In this document: piece by piece, positions 12,985 through 25,492 of the stretch | Position numbering within the stretch: position 1 is the first letter of the stretch | How the letters are laid out: every line of letters starts with the position of its first letter | Source of the DNA: Lama glama | Lineage: Eukaryota | Assembly (NCBI GenBank): GCA_028534125.1 | Contig: CM052817.1 | Location: forward strand, 68,140,001-68,204,000 | DNA: 64,000 nt | Direction of reading: 5' to 3' | The notes under the pieces: model-generated | The model's input: only the letters and a program-made list of their open reading frames with translations | What the model was told of the DNA's origin: nothing | Databases searched by the model: none | Position numbers and translations under genes: made by a program

Positions 12985-13510
12985 GGGTTCTGCTCAAAAG
13001 TCCCTTATTCAGGAGGCCCTCTGTGACTTCTCTCTATGCAGTAGCAACCACTACCCACCGTCTGCCTTCTTTTCTTTCACAGTGCCTTATCACTACCTGT
13101 CATGCTATATATTTCTTTGTTAATCATTTTTTTGTTTCTCTCCCATCACTAAAATGTGTTTCATAAGAGCTGATGTTTTTCTCAGTTTTTTCATTGCTGT
13201 ATTGCTGGCATCTAGAAAAAGGATTTCTCAACATTGGCACTAGTGACACTTGGGCTGGCTAAATCTTTGTTGCGGGGTGTTGTCCTGTGCATGGCAGAAC
13301 AGCAGCAGCGTCTGCTACCTCTGCACAATAGATGCCAGTAGCCCCCTCATCCCCCGATGGTGACAATCATAAATGACTCCAGACATTGTCAAATATCCTG
13401 GGTGAGTTGGGGGAGGACGCAAAATTTGGGGTTGAAAACCACTGATCTAGAGCAATGCCTGGTACAGTGACTGCTCAGTCAATATTTGTTAAATGAATGA
13501 ACAAACAAAT
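12985..13510 (+). mobile_element. L2 3' end, interrupted by MER20
   Basis: Ends with 'gcctggtacagtgactgctcagtcaatatttgttaaatgaatga', a typical L2 tail. Confidence 0.7.
13218..13444. mobile_element. MER20 (hAT-Charlie MITE)
   Basis: 'tttctcaacattggcact...gtcctgtgcat...ccagacattgtcaaatatcc...gttgaaaaccactg'. TSD atctagaa/atctagag (13210-13217, 13445-13452). Confidence 0.85.
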
Positions 13511-14399
13511 GGGTAAAATCACTATCTCTCCTCCAATCAAAATTTTGCATTCTCCACAATAGAACCGTTACAACAGAAAAATTAAATACAGAGAGGAATT
13601 TCCCAAGTAAAGTTCATTTTCTAATCAGGGCTTAAAATTTGTCCTCTTTTACTCACTCCTGCTAAAGACTTCAAATAAAGACATTTCCTCAAAGTACCCG
13701 TTCATTTAGCTTCTAATTGTTTTGGCTGCACTGTGCTGATCACCATAGGAGCCTATACATTCAAATCAATGCCACTTAAGCATTTTGCAAGCCAGGTAAG
13801 CTTTGCTGAATTCCCTTTTGAAATCCACTTCTCTCCTTTCTGCTGCAATTAGCAGTCAGAGGGAATAAATCACACGCCCTTCAGATGAAGATAAAATATT
13901 TCCCTGCCCCAGTGTGTGAGCTTTCAAATTCAGAGCAGTGGAGGGTCTGCTCCTCCATATTTTCACTTAATACTTCACTGGCTCCTCTCCAAAACCTGCC
14001 TGACATGCAATTATTTTCAACCTATTTCACAGAAGGCCTGCTCCATTCATCTTTCTGTGGGTCAGATTTCCACTGAAACTGATACACGATTTTACTGTGT
14101 GAAACTTAAATCTGTAGGGTTCAATGCAATGCTAAGCCAAGGTTTTTGAGGTTTATGGGGGCAGATACGAAATACAGCAAGGAGGGGGACAAAAGAGCAT
14201 GTATAATCATATTGGGGGGTTGGTAGTGATCTGTTTGAAATAAAACCCTAGGTAGAATTATGAGTGAGTGTTTGTACTATATGGGTAGAAAGGGGACTGG
14301 ACGGGGAGGGAGGAGGTGATGATCAGAAGATCAGAACTGAGTTTCTGACTCTGTTATTTAAGGTAAAAGACTTACCTTCTCTAGAAATTAACTTCCTTG

Positions 14400-15050
14400 T
14401 CTGTATAATGAGATAGAACAGGATAGACTTTATCACCTTAGCTCCCCTACCTGTTCTTTCTCCATTGTTCTCTATTTCTTTAAATGGCACCACTGTCTCA
14501 TTAACAGTCAGAAATCTGAGAGTCAGCTTTGACTTTGCTTCTCCTTTCTCCCTACACTGATTGCTCATAGTTCATGCTAATTTCTTCATCTAAATTTCTC
14601 TTGATCCGTTCAGTTCTCTCTATCCTCTTGGCAACTAGACTAAGCTTACATGCCCCCCATCTCTCCCCTAGCAACTAGACCACCTAGGTTCATGGCCATT
14701 CCACTGTCTCCTTGCCTTCAGCCTTGTTCTCCATCCTCTTACCCGAAAGCTGGTTTTACTGAGGCCAAAGTGATCTCGTGAAGACAACCTGATCACATTG
14801 CTCACATATTTAAAAATTCCTCCTTGATTTCCCAGTGTTCTTAAAAATTTCAGATTCCTTAACAAGGCCTTCAAATTCTGTTCCCTGATGATTTCTCTAG
14901 ACCCATCTCCTTACCACAACTTTAACCTTTGTACTTTCATCACACTAAGCTTTTTTTAAAATCTGTTTTTGCTCCAAGACTTTGGACAGGCTGCAGCCCC
15001 CTCTACTCAGGACACCTGCCCTCCTCTCTTCACCTCACTTTCCCACTTCC
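14400..15050 (+). mobile_element. L2 fragment
   Basis: 'ctatttctttaaatggcaccact...cagtcagaaatctgagagtcagctttgac', pyrimidine-rich L2 3' region. Confidence 0.7.
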
Positions 15051-16699
15051 TCTGTGGGTCTCTTCTCCAGTGGGCCTGGCCTCTAGGCTGCACTCTGCTA
15101 AGAGCAGGTCACAGTGTGTCATAATCATATTTGCACACCAGTTTTTAAATATTGACTGATATTTTAAATTGCAAAGTGATCTGTTTGCAGAATCTTTTCT
15201 AAGTAATTTTCTCCTCAGTCATTTACAGTCGTCTCATTCAACTCTAAGTAGAGCAGCAGTGTTTTGGCAACTTAGATTTATCAAATCATTCCAAAGCATT
15301 AAAGCTGTTTTCATGGAAACATACACACTGTTTTATTCTCATAGATCATCAGTTTATGTAAGTTTAAGTTAAAATAATGTAATTACAATAAGAAGTACAA
15401 CTGACATAATCAGGTTTGTTGTGGAACACAACTAATTCTTGGAAGAGATACAAGTTGAGTATTCACTGGATAAGGGCACAGGTATCAGTTGCTATGTCTT
15501 AGGGAAGGAATGGAAAGTACTGATTTATCCTGTGACTTTAATAATCCACCTTACTTCCAGATTATACATTTCTTGACAGAAAGGACCATTACCATTATTT
15601 TATTCACTATTATATACCAAATGTAAAGCATAGTACCAGCTCAAGCCCAGAATATAATTTAAGAAATTGATATTAAAGTAGGTACAAGATTTCTTTAAAA
15701 ACTATGGAATTCGTAACATTGCTAGCTTAACTTCAAATTCTGATTTTTTTAATTCTTATTTAATTAAAAACATACGTGGTTGTGACAAAATTAGGAATTA
15801 GTTCAGGGTCAGGTTCTGGTGTTATATTATCCTTGTCTTCTCCACAGTCAAATGGTTCTCCAAGTTCCTTCACAAGTAAGTGTTGAATGCTCTGCACGTG
15901 CTTACCTTGTCTGGTCTTTGGGGCATCGAGTCAGTGTGAGGGCAGGTGTTGGTAAGCAAGGCTTTAAGCGAAACCTTAAGCTTGGTACATGGCAACATAT
16001 CTCCAGCTCTTCTTTATTAAGAGACCTGTGAGATTTCAACATTACAATGGAAATCAAAATCTATGATGATTTATTGGTAGCCATTGTTAAATAATAACAG
16101 CTAGGGACCTTGTTCCAAATAAATAAAGACCTGGAATGTTTAAAGTAATAATAAGCTATGCATGTTAGGACATATATTTTATTTTAGCCATTTCTTGCTT
16201 TTTCAACTTGAGAAGCACAACATTTTCAGTGAATTTCTCAGAAACTTGCTTGCATTGGTGATTTAGCTTCAGGGTAATGGGAGAAAATCAGATTTTTAAA
16301 AATTCAGGGGCTTGTATTATGCCAAACAGCACACAGGGGCTATATCCCCACCTCATTTGAATTCAGCCTGAGTAAGATGAGAGCACATCAGGCCTAGTAT
16401 TGAACCGACTTTGTAGAAGTCCTTGATGTTTTATGCTTTTTTCTAGAGCAGGTCCGGAGCCAAGAAGGGTCATTTCCTGATGGATGCTCAGTTTCCCCTC
16501 CCACCCTTGGAAATTCCAAGGGGGGAAAAAGAGGAAAAGCAGGTGCACCATTCAGCATCAGGTGTAGGCAAATGGCAAGTCAGCCATGATCATGAAAATA
16601 ACGACTGACATTTTTGGAGAGGTTTCTGGGCGTCACACACCGAGGTGAGCAATTTGCCTGCTTTATCTCGATTCTCACAACCTCCAAGCAGAGCAGTGA

Positions 16700-16910
16700 C
16701 TATGGTTAAAATGCAGGTGTAGGAGCCAGACTGGCTCGGTTTCTGGTTTGAATCTGTTTCCTGTGGTGTGACCTTGGGCCTTCACCTCTGTGTGTTTTAG
16801 CTTCTTCATGTGGAAATAAAAGACAGAGAATAAAATAACCTACTGTGTAGTGTTTTTGTGAGGACTGAAGAGCTAGTGCAAGACAGGCTCAGTATATAGC
16901 ACAAAGTGAG
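16700..16910 (+). mobile_element. MIR SINE (3' end split by MER2)
   Basis: 'gtgaccttgggc...cacctctgtgtg...cttcttcatgtggaaat'. Resumes as 'ctcaaaaatgttag' at about 17216. Confidence 0.65.
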
Positions 16911-16912
16911 TA

Positions 16913-17213
16913 TAGTCGTCCCCCCTTATCCGCAGGGAACTGGTCCCAGGACCCATGCGGAAACTCCACGAATACTCAAGTCCCTTATGTAAAATGGCAC
17001 AGTGTTTGCCTATCTCCCCATATACTGTAAAGCATTTCTAGATTACTTATAACACCTAACACGATGTAAATGCCATGAAAATCAGTGCCGGGGATGCACA
17101 AGTTCAAGTTCTGCTTTTTGAAACTTTCTGGAATTAAAAAAAAAATTTTTTTTTTCAATCCTTGGTTGGTGGAATCTGTGGGTGCAAAACTTGCAGGTAC
17201 AGAGGGCTGCCTG
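16913..17213. mobile_element. MER2 (TcMar-Tigger MITE)
   Basis: TA|tagtcgtccccccttatccgcaggg...caggaccc...ctcaagtcccttat ... gagggctgcctg|TA; terminal inverted repeats with TA TSD. Confidence 0.85.
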
Positions 17214-17749
17214 TACTCAAAAATGTTAGGTCTTTTTATCATTAATACCACAACTGTTCTTACTCCTTCCTTTTCCACAGAGGAAGCAATTTAGTGACTC
17301 CAAGTGACTTGGCCAAGGTCCCACAGCTAGTGGGTGGCAGAGTCAGAACTGAACTGTATGTCTGTGTGTCCAGCACAATTCCACTGCATATAACACAGTG
17401 TACCTCGATCACAGCACCAGCAGTCCGGGAGTAGAGAGAGGAGAGCCCAGGTTTCAGAACCAAGCATGTCTGGTTTGAATCCCATCCCCTCTGTGTACTC
17501 TGTGAGCCACTGGATAACTTGTACTCACATTCACTGCGTTCAGTTTCCTCATCTCTAGAATTAGTGTGGATCCCACTTTTAGTCTTGTGTGGAAGATTAT
17601 AGATAATGTATATATTTTTGAATTGGTACATAACAGGCATTTGATAATGGTTGCTCTTATGGGCTAGACACAACATATTATAATTAATATAACTGCAGTC
17701 ATAGTGTATAATGCTTAATATCAAAATTACTTTTAAAGAATATACATTC

Positions 17750-18160
17750 TATAAACAGCATGTGGTCTGTACATACAATGAAATGTTATTCGACCTTAAA
17801 AAGGAAGTTCTGACTTTCTACTACAATGTGGATGAACTTGAAGACAATACGTTAAGTGAAATAAACCATTCATAAAAAAAAAATATTCTATGATTCCACT
17901 TACATGAGGGACCTAGAGTAGCCAAATTCATAGAGACAAAAACTAGGATGGTGGTTGCCAGAGGCTAGGAGGGAATGGGAAGTTATTTAATGGATCTGGA
18001 GTTTCCGTTTGAGAAGATGAAAAAGTCCTGGAGATGGATGGCGGTGATGATTATACAACAATGTGTATGTCCTTAATGCTGCTGAACTACACGCTTTATA
18101 AAAGTAATTAACATGGTAAATTTTATGTTATATATGTATTTACCACAATAAAAATAGGGG
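17750..18160 (+). mobile_element. L1MB-type LINE 3' end
   Basis: Same L1MB 3' motifs as 9075-9440, ending 'accacaataaaa'. Confidence 0.85.
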
Positions 18161-19789
18161 AAAAAGAATCTAACTTTGTGTAAGAGGAAAGCATTATTAT
18201 TAAAATTACTGAAATGAGAATCAGTATTAAAATTAGCTCTTGCTTCTCCAGTCATATTTTTGATGTTTTAGATCGAGTTCCACCAAGAAGTCACGTTAGT
18301 CTTTATATTTTATAAGAGGGACAAGGTGTGTGTGACTATTTTTATCCACCATATATGTTTCTATTTGAATTGGCAGGTGAATATTAATCAATGTTGATAT
18401 CATTCTAATGATACTGTCAGAGGAGAAGTAACATTGTTGTGACACCCAGAGAACATTTTATTATACACACTACCTTGAACATTTTTACCAGGGAATTTGA
18501 TGCAGCGCACATGCAGTGCGCAACAGAAAGGAGCCAAGCTAAAGTGCATTAGTCACGTGTGCTGCACTGCCTGTGAGACACAAGGATATAATTAACTACG
18601 AAGGTCATTCCATCTCCGGTATAAAATTTGGAACAAAGATGTATTCAGTTATGCTGTTTACTCTACACTTCAACTCTTCATTTTTATAAGCTTTCCTTTC
18701 TATGTGATTTTTGAACTCCCATAAGGCCTTTTTTTTTTTTAAAGAAGAGAAAGTCCTTTTGTTTAAATTGCCTTGCACTCCAAACCCGAATCAAAACAAT
18801 TTTGTATTTTGAAACACGACTTGCTTTTGACATTGAAACTTTTTCCCTCTTTTTTTAAAATTTACTATAATAAATGTTACATTTTGAGAAAAAATGTAAT
18901 ATACCCAGAAGGCCCTGTGTGCTTCTGTTCCACCTGCCTCTGTTTCAGTATCCTCACCTTCATACTCATTGAAGTTCTTTTATCTCTTGCACTAGCTCTG
19001 CCTTGATAAAACACCAGCTCTAATTGTTGGCCTTAGTTTCCCTACCTTGAGTTGCATCAGACCTTCCTGGGCAGCAGAAGGAATTGTTCATCTCTGGGCT
19101 TTCCTCTGAGATCCTGCAAGCCCTTGTTTTTCCTCTAGGCAAAACAGTGAATATTTGCCCATCCCTTGTCTCCTCAGAGAGCTATTAGCCTCAAACACTA
19201 ATATTTCTAACCTTTCTAGCAGGACCCTGTTACTTGTTGAATGTTTTCATTGGGAGTTTGAAGAGAGTGAGTCTCTACACTTGCTTCTTATATATTTTTG
19301 TCTTTCGCTGTACTGAGCTGTTTGGGTCCTACTTCCATTTAACTGGCATTCTTACTACAGTAAGGTTTCTTTAGAGATTACAAGGGTGGCTACTACCCAA
19401 GTTCACCTATACTTGAAAGCGGTGGCCTTTTAACCTAAATTATAAATAACCAGAGGCCAAGATCAAAATCTTTTTCTGTCAGAATTCTTTACATATTATT
19501 TGCATATCTTCTAGCATCCAGTGTTACTCATAAGATATTTAATTCAAGTCCTAGTCTCACCCACTTTTTTTCTTGCAGGAAGCTTGTGAGAATTTCTCTT
19601 TATGCTTGGAATTTAGAAATTTCTCCATTTATATGCTTAGCTGTGCTTCCTTTTTGCAAAGTGGAAAATGTAAAAGGCGAGTAAATATTTCAGGACAAGA
19701 AAGACTAGAGAATTTTGTCAGTCTTATTGGCTATTGCTCTAACACTCATTTCTCTCCGCTTGTTCAGGTGGCCTTCTTCCTGGTTTAAC

Positions 19790-20940
19790 ATTCCATATAG
19801 TTTATCTTTCCCTCTTCATATCCATCCTATTCCTTTTTGCATCTCAATCTTCCATTTGGGACCATTTGTCCTCTGAGTAAAGTACATCTTTCAGAGTTAT
19901 TTTTAATAAAACTCTTTTGGTGGTAAACTAAGATCTTGTTTTTCTAAAATGTGTTTATTTTACCATCACTTTGAGACAGTTCTGCTAGGCTAGGGTGTGG
20001 TCATTCTCTCTCAGCGCTCTAAATGTGTTGTTCTACCACCTTCCAGCTTGTGTCAGTGCTGTTGTAAAGGCAGCCGTGAGTCTCACAGTAATCCCTTTGT
20101 AGGTAATTTGTCTTTTCTCACTGCCTCATCTCAATGTCTCCTAAGTTACACTGCACATTTTCCATCTCTTCACTTCTCTCCGTTGCATTTCGTATATAAT
20201 TTCTTTGGCTTGGTTTATTCATTCCTTCATCTTTATGTAACTTACTATTTTACCCTTTTATTGAGTTTTTTATTCCATTGACTTCTACAATTTTAATTAT
20301 TATGAGTTTCACTTTTCAAAGTTTTATTTCATTCTTTTAAAATCTACTTTATTTTTGTAGCCTCTTGTTTCTTGCTTATAATTTCAAACTACTGTTTATT
20401 TAGACCAACTAAACACACTTTTTATATATCCCTGCTAATAATTCCAATATTTTAAGACTTTGTGGATATAATTGTGTCTATGCTTTTTCTTGTATCTGAC
20501 TCACGGTACCTTGTTTCCTTGTTATGTTTTAGGAATTTTTTTTGTGATCTCATGTTCCTTGCAATAAATACATGGGAATTAACTGAAGCCTGAGTTGAAG
20601 AGATATTCAATTTCATTAAAAGTTTTGTTCTTAATTTCCTTTCTTCCAGTTTCTTTTGGCTTATGTGTTTTCTTTTCTTTTTTTAAGACTTTTTTTGTTA
20701 GATTCTTAAGTCATTAATTTTCAGTTTTGTTCCTTTTCTTATATATAAATTTAAGGCTATAAATTTTCCATAAACAAAACTTTAACTACATTTCATATGT
20801 AACATTTTTCTTATCTCTCAGAATAAACATCTTCTATTTGCTTTTGTGATTTCTTCTATTTCTCACTAGTTATTTAGTAGTGTATAAAAAATTCAAAAAC
20901 AAATGAGGCTATAAGTTTTATTTTTGTTATTTATTTCTAC
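19790..20940 (-). mobile_element. Old L1M fragments
   Basis: T-rich decayed sequence with L1-antisense motifs ('tttaaggctataaattttcc', 'tccctttgtaggtaatttgtc'). Confidence 0.6.
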
Positions 20941-20959
20941 AACACCATCCATGTGTAGG

Positions 20960-21285
20960 TCTTAATCTTTGTGACTAGGACTTCATGGTTTCAGCATGGC
21001 TGCTGCACCTCCAGGACTGACATCCACATTCCAGGCAGTAAAAAGAAGGCAAGAATCATGAGAGGTGGAAGATGAAAGAAGGGCCATTTCAACCAAATTT
21101 GCCTTTTTATAAACTGAAACTTCTCTTAAGAGATTTTTGCTTACACCCCTTTCACCATAAATGAGACGTAATTTGAAAAAGAACCTAAGAAGTAAGCATT
21201 TTTATCTATCTATTCAGGGCTTGATTTATGAAAAGCAAATGAGAGAATAGATATTGGGCAGGCAAATAGCAGTGTCTGACAACTA
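20960..21285. mobile_element. MLT1 (ERVL-MaLR) LTR fragment
   Basis: 'catggctgctgcacctccagg...catccacattccaggcag'. Confidence 0.65.
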
Positions 21286-21589
21286 AACTGCTATTATAAA
21301 GAATAAAGACATGTGTGTATATATATATGTACACACACACACATATATACATACATACATATATATATGCTTACCAAAAAAAATACCCACTATATACTGT
21401 TAAAGTTGAAAAAGCAAGTTGCAGAAGAATATGTATATGAAGCCATTGTTTAAAAAGAAAACTAACTGCTGTATGTATGTTTATACGTGCATGAAAATAT
21501 TTTGAGATGATTATACACAAAACTGGAATACAGCTAAGAATACAGTGAAAACCATATTACAGCTAATAAACAGGGACTGCATCTAAAAA

Positions 21590-21820
21590 TAATAGCAAAC
21601 ATTTACACAGTATCTATTCTTTCAGACACTGCTGTGTTTAACAAACACTAACTCATTTTATCTTCACAATCACTTTATAAGTTTTTACTGATGTTATCCT
21701 TAATTTACAGATGAGGAAACTGATGCACACAGTTAAATAACTTGTTTCAGGTCACAGATCTAATAAATGTTGGAAGTGGAGTTTGAATCCAGGAAGTCGG
21801 GTGCAATGTCTAGGCACTTC
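21590..21820 (-). mobile_element. MIR SINE
   Basis: 'tttacagatgaggaaactga...gttaaataacttg...ggtcacaga...tttgaatccagg'. Confidence 0.85.
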
Positions 21821-22299
21821 ACCTCAAAACTACATATAAATTTATAATTTGAAAACATTAAATCAATTTCCGCTCCTTAAAATCCACCCCAAAAAGCCAC
21901 AGCAATAGACAGAAGCAGACAGAGCACCCGTGAACTCCAAGCCAAGCACAGGCTCTCACTGGTGACCGCCATCAGCCCTCCCCAGCCACGCCCTTGCCGT
22001 CGGCTGTTTTCTCATCTCTCTAAAGGACCAGGTTCTCCCTAGGCAGACACCCATGGCAGGAAAGCTACCCAGGATTCCAAATGCCAGCTCTCTCCTGACT
22101 TTCCTCCATGAGCAGCACCCCCAATTTTTCCTTCCCTTCCTCTCCCATCTGAACATAGCTATCCACCCACTTCAGAGACGTGCATTTTTCTTGACAAGTT
22201 GATAACCGTAAAATAATGGGATAACTGTTTGCTCCAGGTGGAGGGAAAGTTCAAGAGTATAGAGAAAGGAACCTTGTCATTCCCAGGCCTATGGAAATA

Positions 22300-22500
22300 A
22301 CTAACATTTACGCTGTTTTGAAGATCCTTGCTCTTTTAATCCAGTGTTAAGGATAACACAGTGATGGTTTTCACCCCCCTTTTACAGATAAGGAAACTGA
22401 GGCTCTGTGAGGATAACTGATTTATTTTGTCCATCACGTGCTCACTGTGAAAAGTGGCAGAGCTGATCTTAGGTTGGATTATCCTTTTCCAAAGCTGCAG
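22300..22500 (-). mobile_element. MIR SINE
   Basis: 'ttttacagataaggaaactgaggct'. Confidence 0.7.
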
Positions 22501-24992
22501 CAAACTCCTTGGCCAAGGAATCCCCACATATGTTACCCATGAAATTTGTGGCTAGAATAGTGAAAATTCATCATCACTGCTGGAAAAATAAAGCTTGGGG
22601 GTGAAGGAGGAAAGGCAAGGGGGTGGATCGGTACTGTTTTCACACCCAGTAGCATATTTTGGATAAAACAATCTAAATGTCCTTTTAGCCTCCATTTCCC
22701 TTTAGTTTTGACACAGTCTTTCAGTTTATGCTAACTATTGGAAAATATTCATTCTTCAAGTTCTATTTTTCCTTCTTCCCTAAATATTTAGTTCTTCTGT
22801 TGCCTTACCAAGAAATAAAATATTATAGTTGACTGATGACTTGAGTGATATACATTGGTTATACCTATGTGTTACAAATATGTAAAAATGTAGTATAACT
22901 GAAAAATAAATGTTTTAAAGGTAGAGAAGGATCTTACAGAAACAAAACTTGTGCACACAATGCATGGTGGAGAGTTTGTTGGTTTAAGTAATGCAAACAG
23001 AGAAAGTGTTCAGAGACCTGACCGGAAAATGATGCAAGTCATTGTTCCCACAATAAACTTGAGTCTAAAGAGCAAACAAAGATATCTTACAAGGTTGCTT
23101 AACTCTAAATTGACTGAGAAGGTGAACAGAGACGTTTCTGAAGTTGGATATCCTGACTAGCACTTGATTTCAACCACTGTGACCCCCTAACTTGGTTCTG
23201 AACAAGACGTTGACCAGGATTAGAAAAATCTAAGAAACTCTTAATTAATAAAATCTGATGTACATTTAAAGTGCAGCTACTGGAAAATCTGTGAAATAAG
23301 TTAAACTAATATAATAATTGAGTCGTGGGATTTAGAACAAAAAATAAGGTGAGAATATACTTTAGGAAATTTCTTGGCCAAAGATAAGGAAAGACTCCCT
23401 TCTCCGTGGTAGGCCCCCAAATTGATAGATTCTTCTTCTTATAAGGCACAAAATGTTTAGAACTTGGAAAAGCAGATATCAGTTAGGACAGTTTTGAACA
23501 GTACCCCTTATATTTTCAAGGTAATTTTAAATAATAATTGAATACTGTCCATACTGGTTTGTCAGCTCTCTACTAGTGACTCTTCTGTCTGTGAGCTGTT
23601 TCATTATCCCAGGAGAAAAGAACCCCCATCGCTCCCCGTCTGCCCTCTGGCTCCCAACCCCCAACCTTTCTGAAGGAGCAGCCAAAGAGAGACTCATGAA
23701 GATGAAGTTGCAAATACAGCCCGCTCACTGCGTCTCCTCCCCAGTGATCTGCCTTTCTCTTTTATATCCAAAATAGTTCATAGTGATGATACCTGTTCGT
23801 AACTCTTCCTTTCGAATTTGGGGGGCTGAGAGGCAGGCTTCTTCTACCTTCCAATGAAAACATTATAAATTAACCAGCATCCCCAAATTCCCATAGCATA
23901 GTTCGAGACATGAAGGCCGCAGAACACCTCTCCTCGCATGATTCTCTTCCTAAATAACTTCCATAGATTGTTTCTTTGGCACCAAATCACCCAAGCCTTC
24001 TAACACCATGTGCTCTTAGGTACTATTTGTCAAATCCTTCTTCTTTCCTGATTAAGGAAGAATAGTTCCCAGACAGAAGGCTCAGAAGCATATTTACCTG
24101 CAAGTCAGGATTGCAAGTCAATGTCAATCTATTGCACCTTCTAGTGCACACTGGAATTATCTTCACAGCATCCTCCACAGAGGTTTGCTTACCAAGCCTC
24201 TGCCTGGACTCCTGAAATTACTGGGCCAGGGAGAGAGCACTGCTCACTACTTTTAAGTGTCTCTTCACATTCTTGGGGGCAGTCTCTTTACGTTGAACCA
24301 TAAACTCCACTATTATGTTTCTTCAGGTATCTTGCTTTGTTAGTGGAGTCAGCCAAGAGAATATACTCTATTTCCATAATTGTGATCTGTGCACTTTTTT
24401 CACCCAGACAGACTCTTTATAAGGCCTTTTGTAGAGTTTTACAGTCTCAGGAAGTAGTGTCAGAAGTAAAGGCATCTGTCAGTTACCAGAATCATCTTAG
24501 CTTAAAGGAAATAAAATGACTCCTGCAACCGCAGAGACTAAGATGGAAATTAAGTTTGTAATGACTTCAAGCTTGAAACAAATTCATTCACACACACACC
24601 TCCACCCTGCCCCATGATCTATCACTCCTCTAGTTTCATCTGTGACCTAGTTTGTGGCTTCCAAAGTTTTACATTGCTGTGGGATGCTCATCCTTGACGA
24701 CATTTAGCTTTCTCACATTGGACTCTGTATAAAATCTTGGCTACCTGTGAGGCTTCACATTTATCTCATTATCTCCTCAGTACTGTGATTTTTTAATTAA
24801 AAGTTTCTGTTTTGTAGTTCAATAATTTTGAAATAACAAGATATGCATAGTATTGAAGATAAGCCATGAAAAACCTTAGTTGGAATTTGTTTAACACACC
24901 ACTGCCTCACTCCTCCTGGGTTCTTGACTGTGAAGCAAAGAACAAATCTAATCATGTGCAATTGTTTTCTATTTCATTGAGTTTTGTGTATT

Positions 24993-25492
24993 NNNNNNNN
25001 NNNNNNNNNNNNNNNNNNNNNNNNNNNNNNNNNNNNNNNNNNNNNNNNNNNNNNNNNNNNNNNNNNNNNNNNNNNNNNNNNNNNNNNNNNNNNNNNNNNN
25101 NNNNNNNNNNNNNNNNNNNNNNNNNNNNNNNNNNNNNNNNNNNNNNNNNNNNNNNNNNNNNNNNNNNNNNNNNNNNNNNNNNNNNNNNNNNNNNNNNNNN
25201 NNNNNNNNNNNNNNNNNNNNNNNNNNNNNNNNNNNNNNNNNNNNNNNNNNNNNNNNNNNNNNNNNNNNNNNNNNNNNNNNNNNNNNNNNNNNNNNNNNNN
25301 NNNNNNNNNNNNNNNNNNNNNNNNNNNNNNNNNNNNNNNNNNNNNNNNNNNNNNNNNNNNNNNNNNNNNNNNNNNNNNNNNNNNNNNNNNNNNNNNNNNN
25401 NNNNNNNNNNNNNNNNNNNNNNNNNNNNNNNNNNNNNNNNNNNNNNNNNNNNNNNNNNNNNNNNNNNNNNNNNNNNNNNNNNNNNNNNNNNN
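24993..25492. other. Assembly gap (500 N)
   Basis: Run of exactly 500 N. The round size suggests a placeholder of unknown true length. Confidence 0.99.

Noticed and set aside
24505..24545. 'aaaatgactcc' resembling the start of exon 2 (KMTP)
   Set aside because: No acceptor context, and the downstream translation does not resemble the DH-domain start.
1579..24992. Orthologue of the human intronic lncRNA ARHGEF38-IT1
   Set aside because: It cannot be located or supported from sequence alone.
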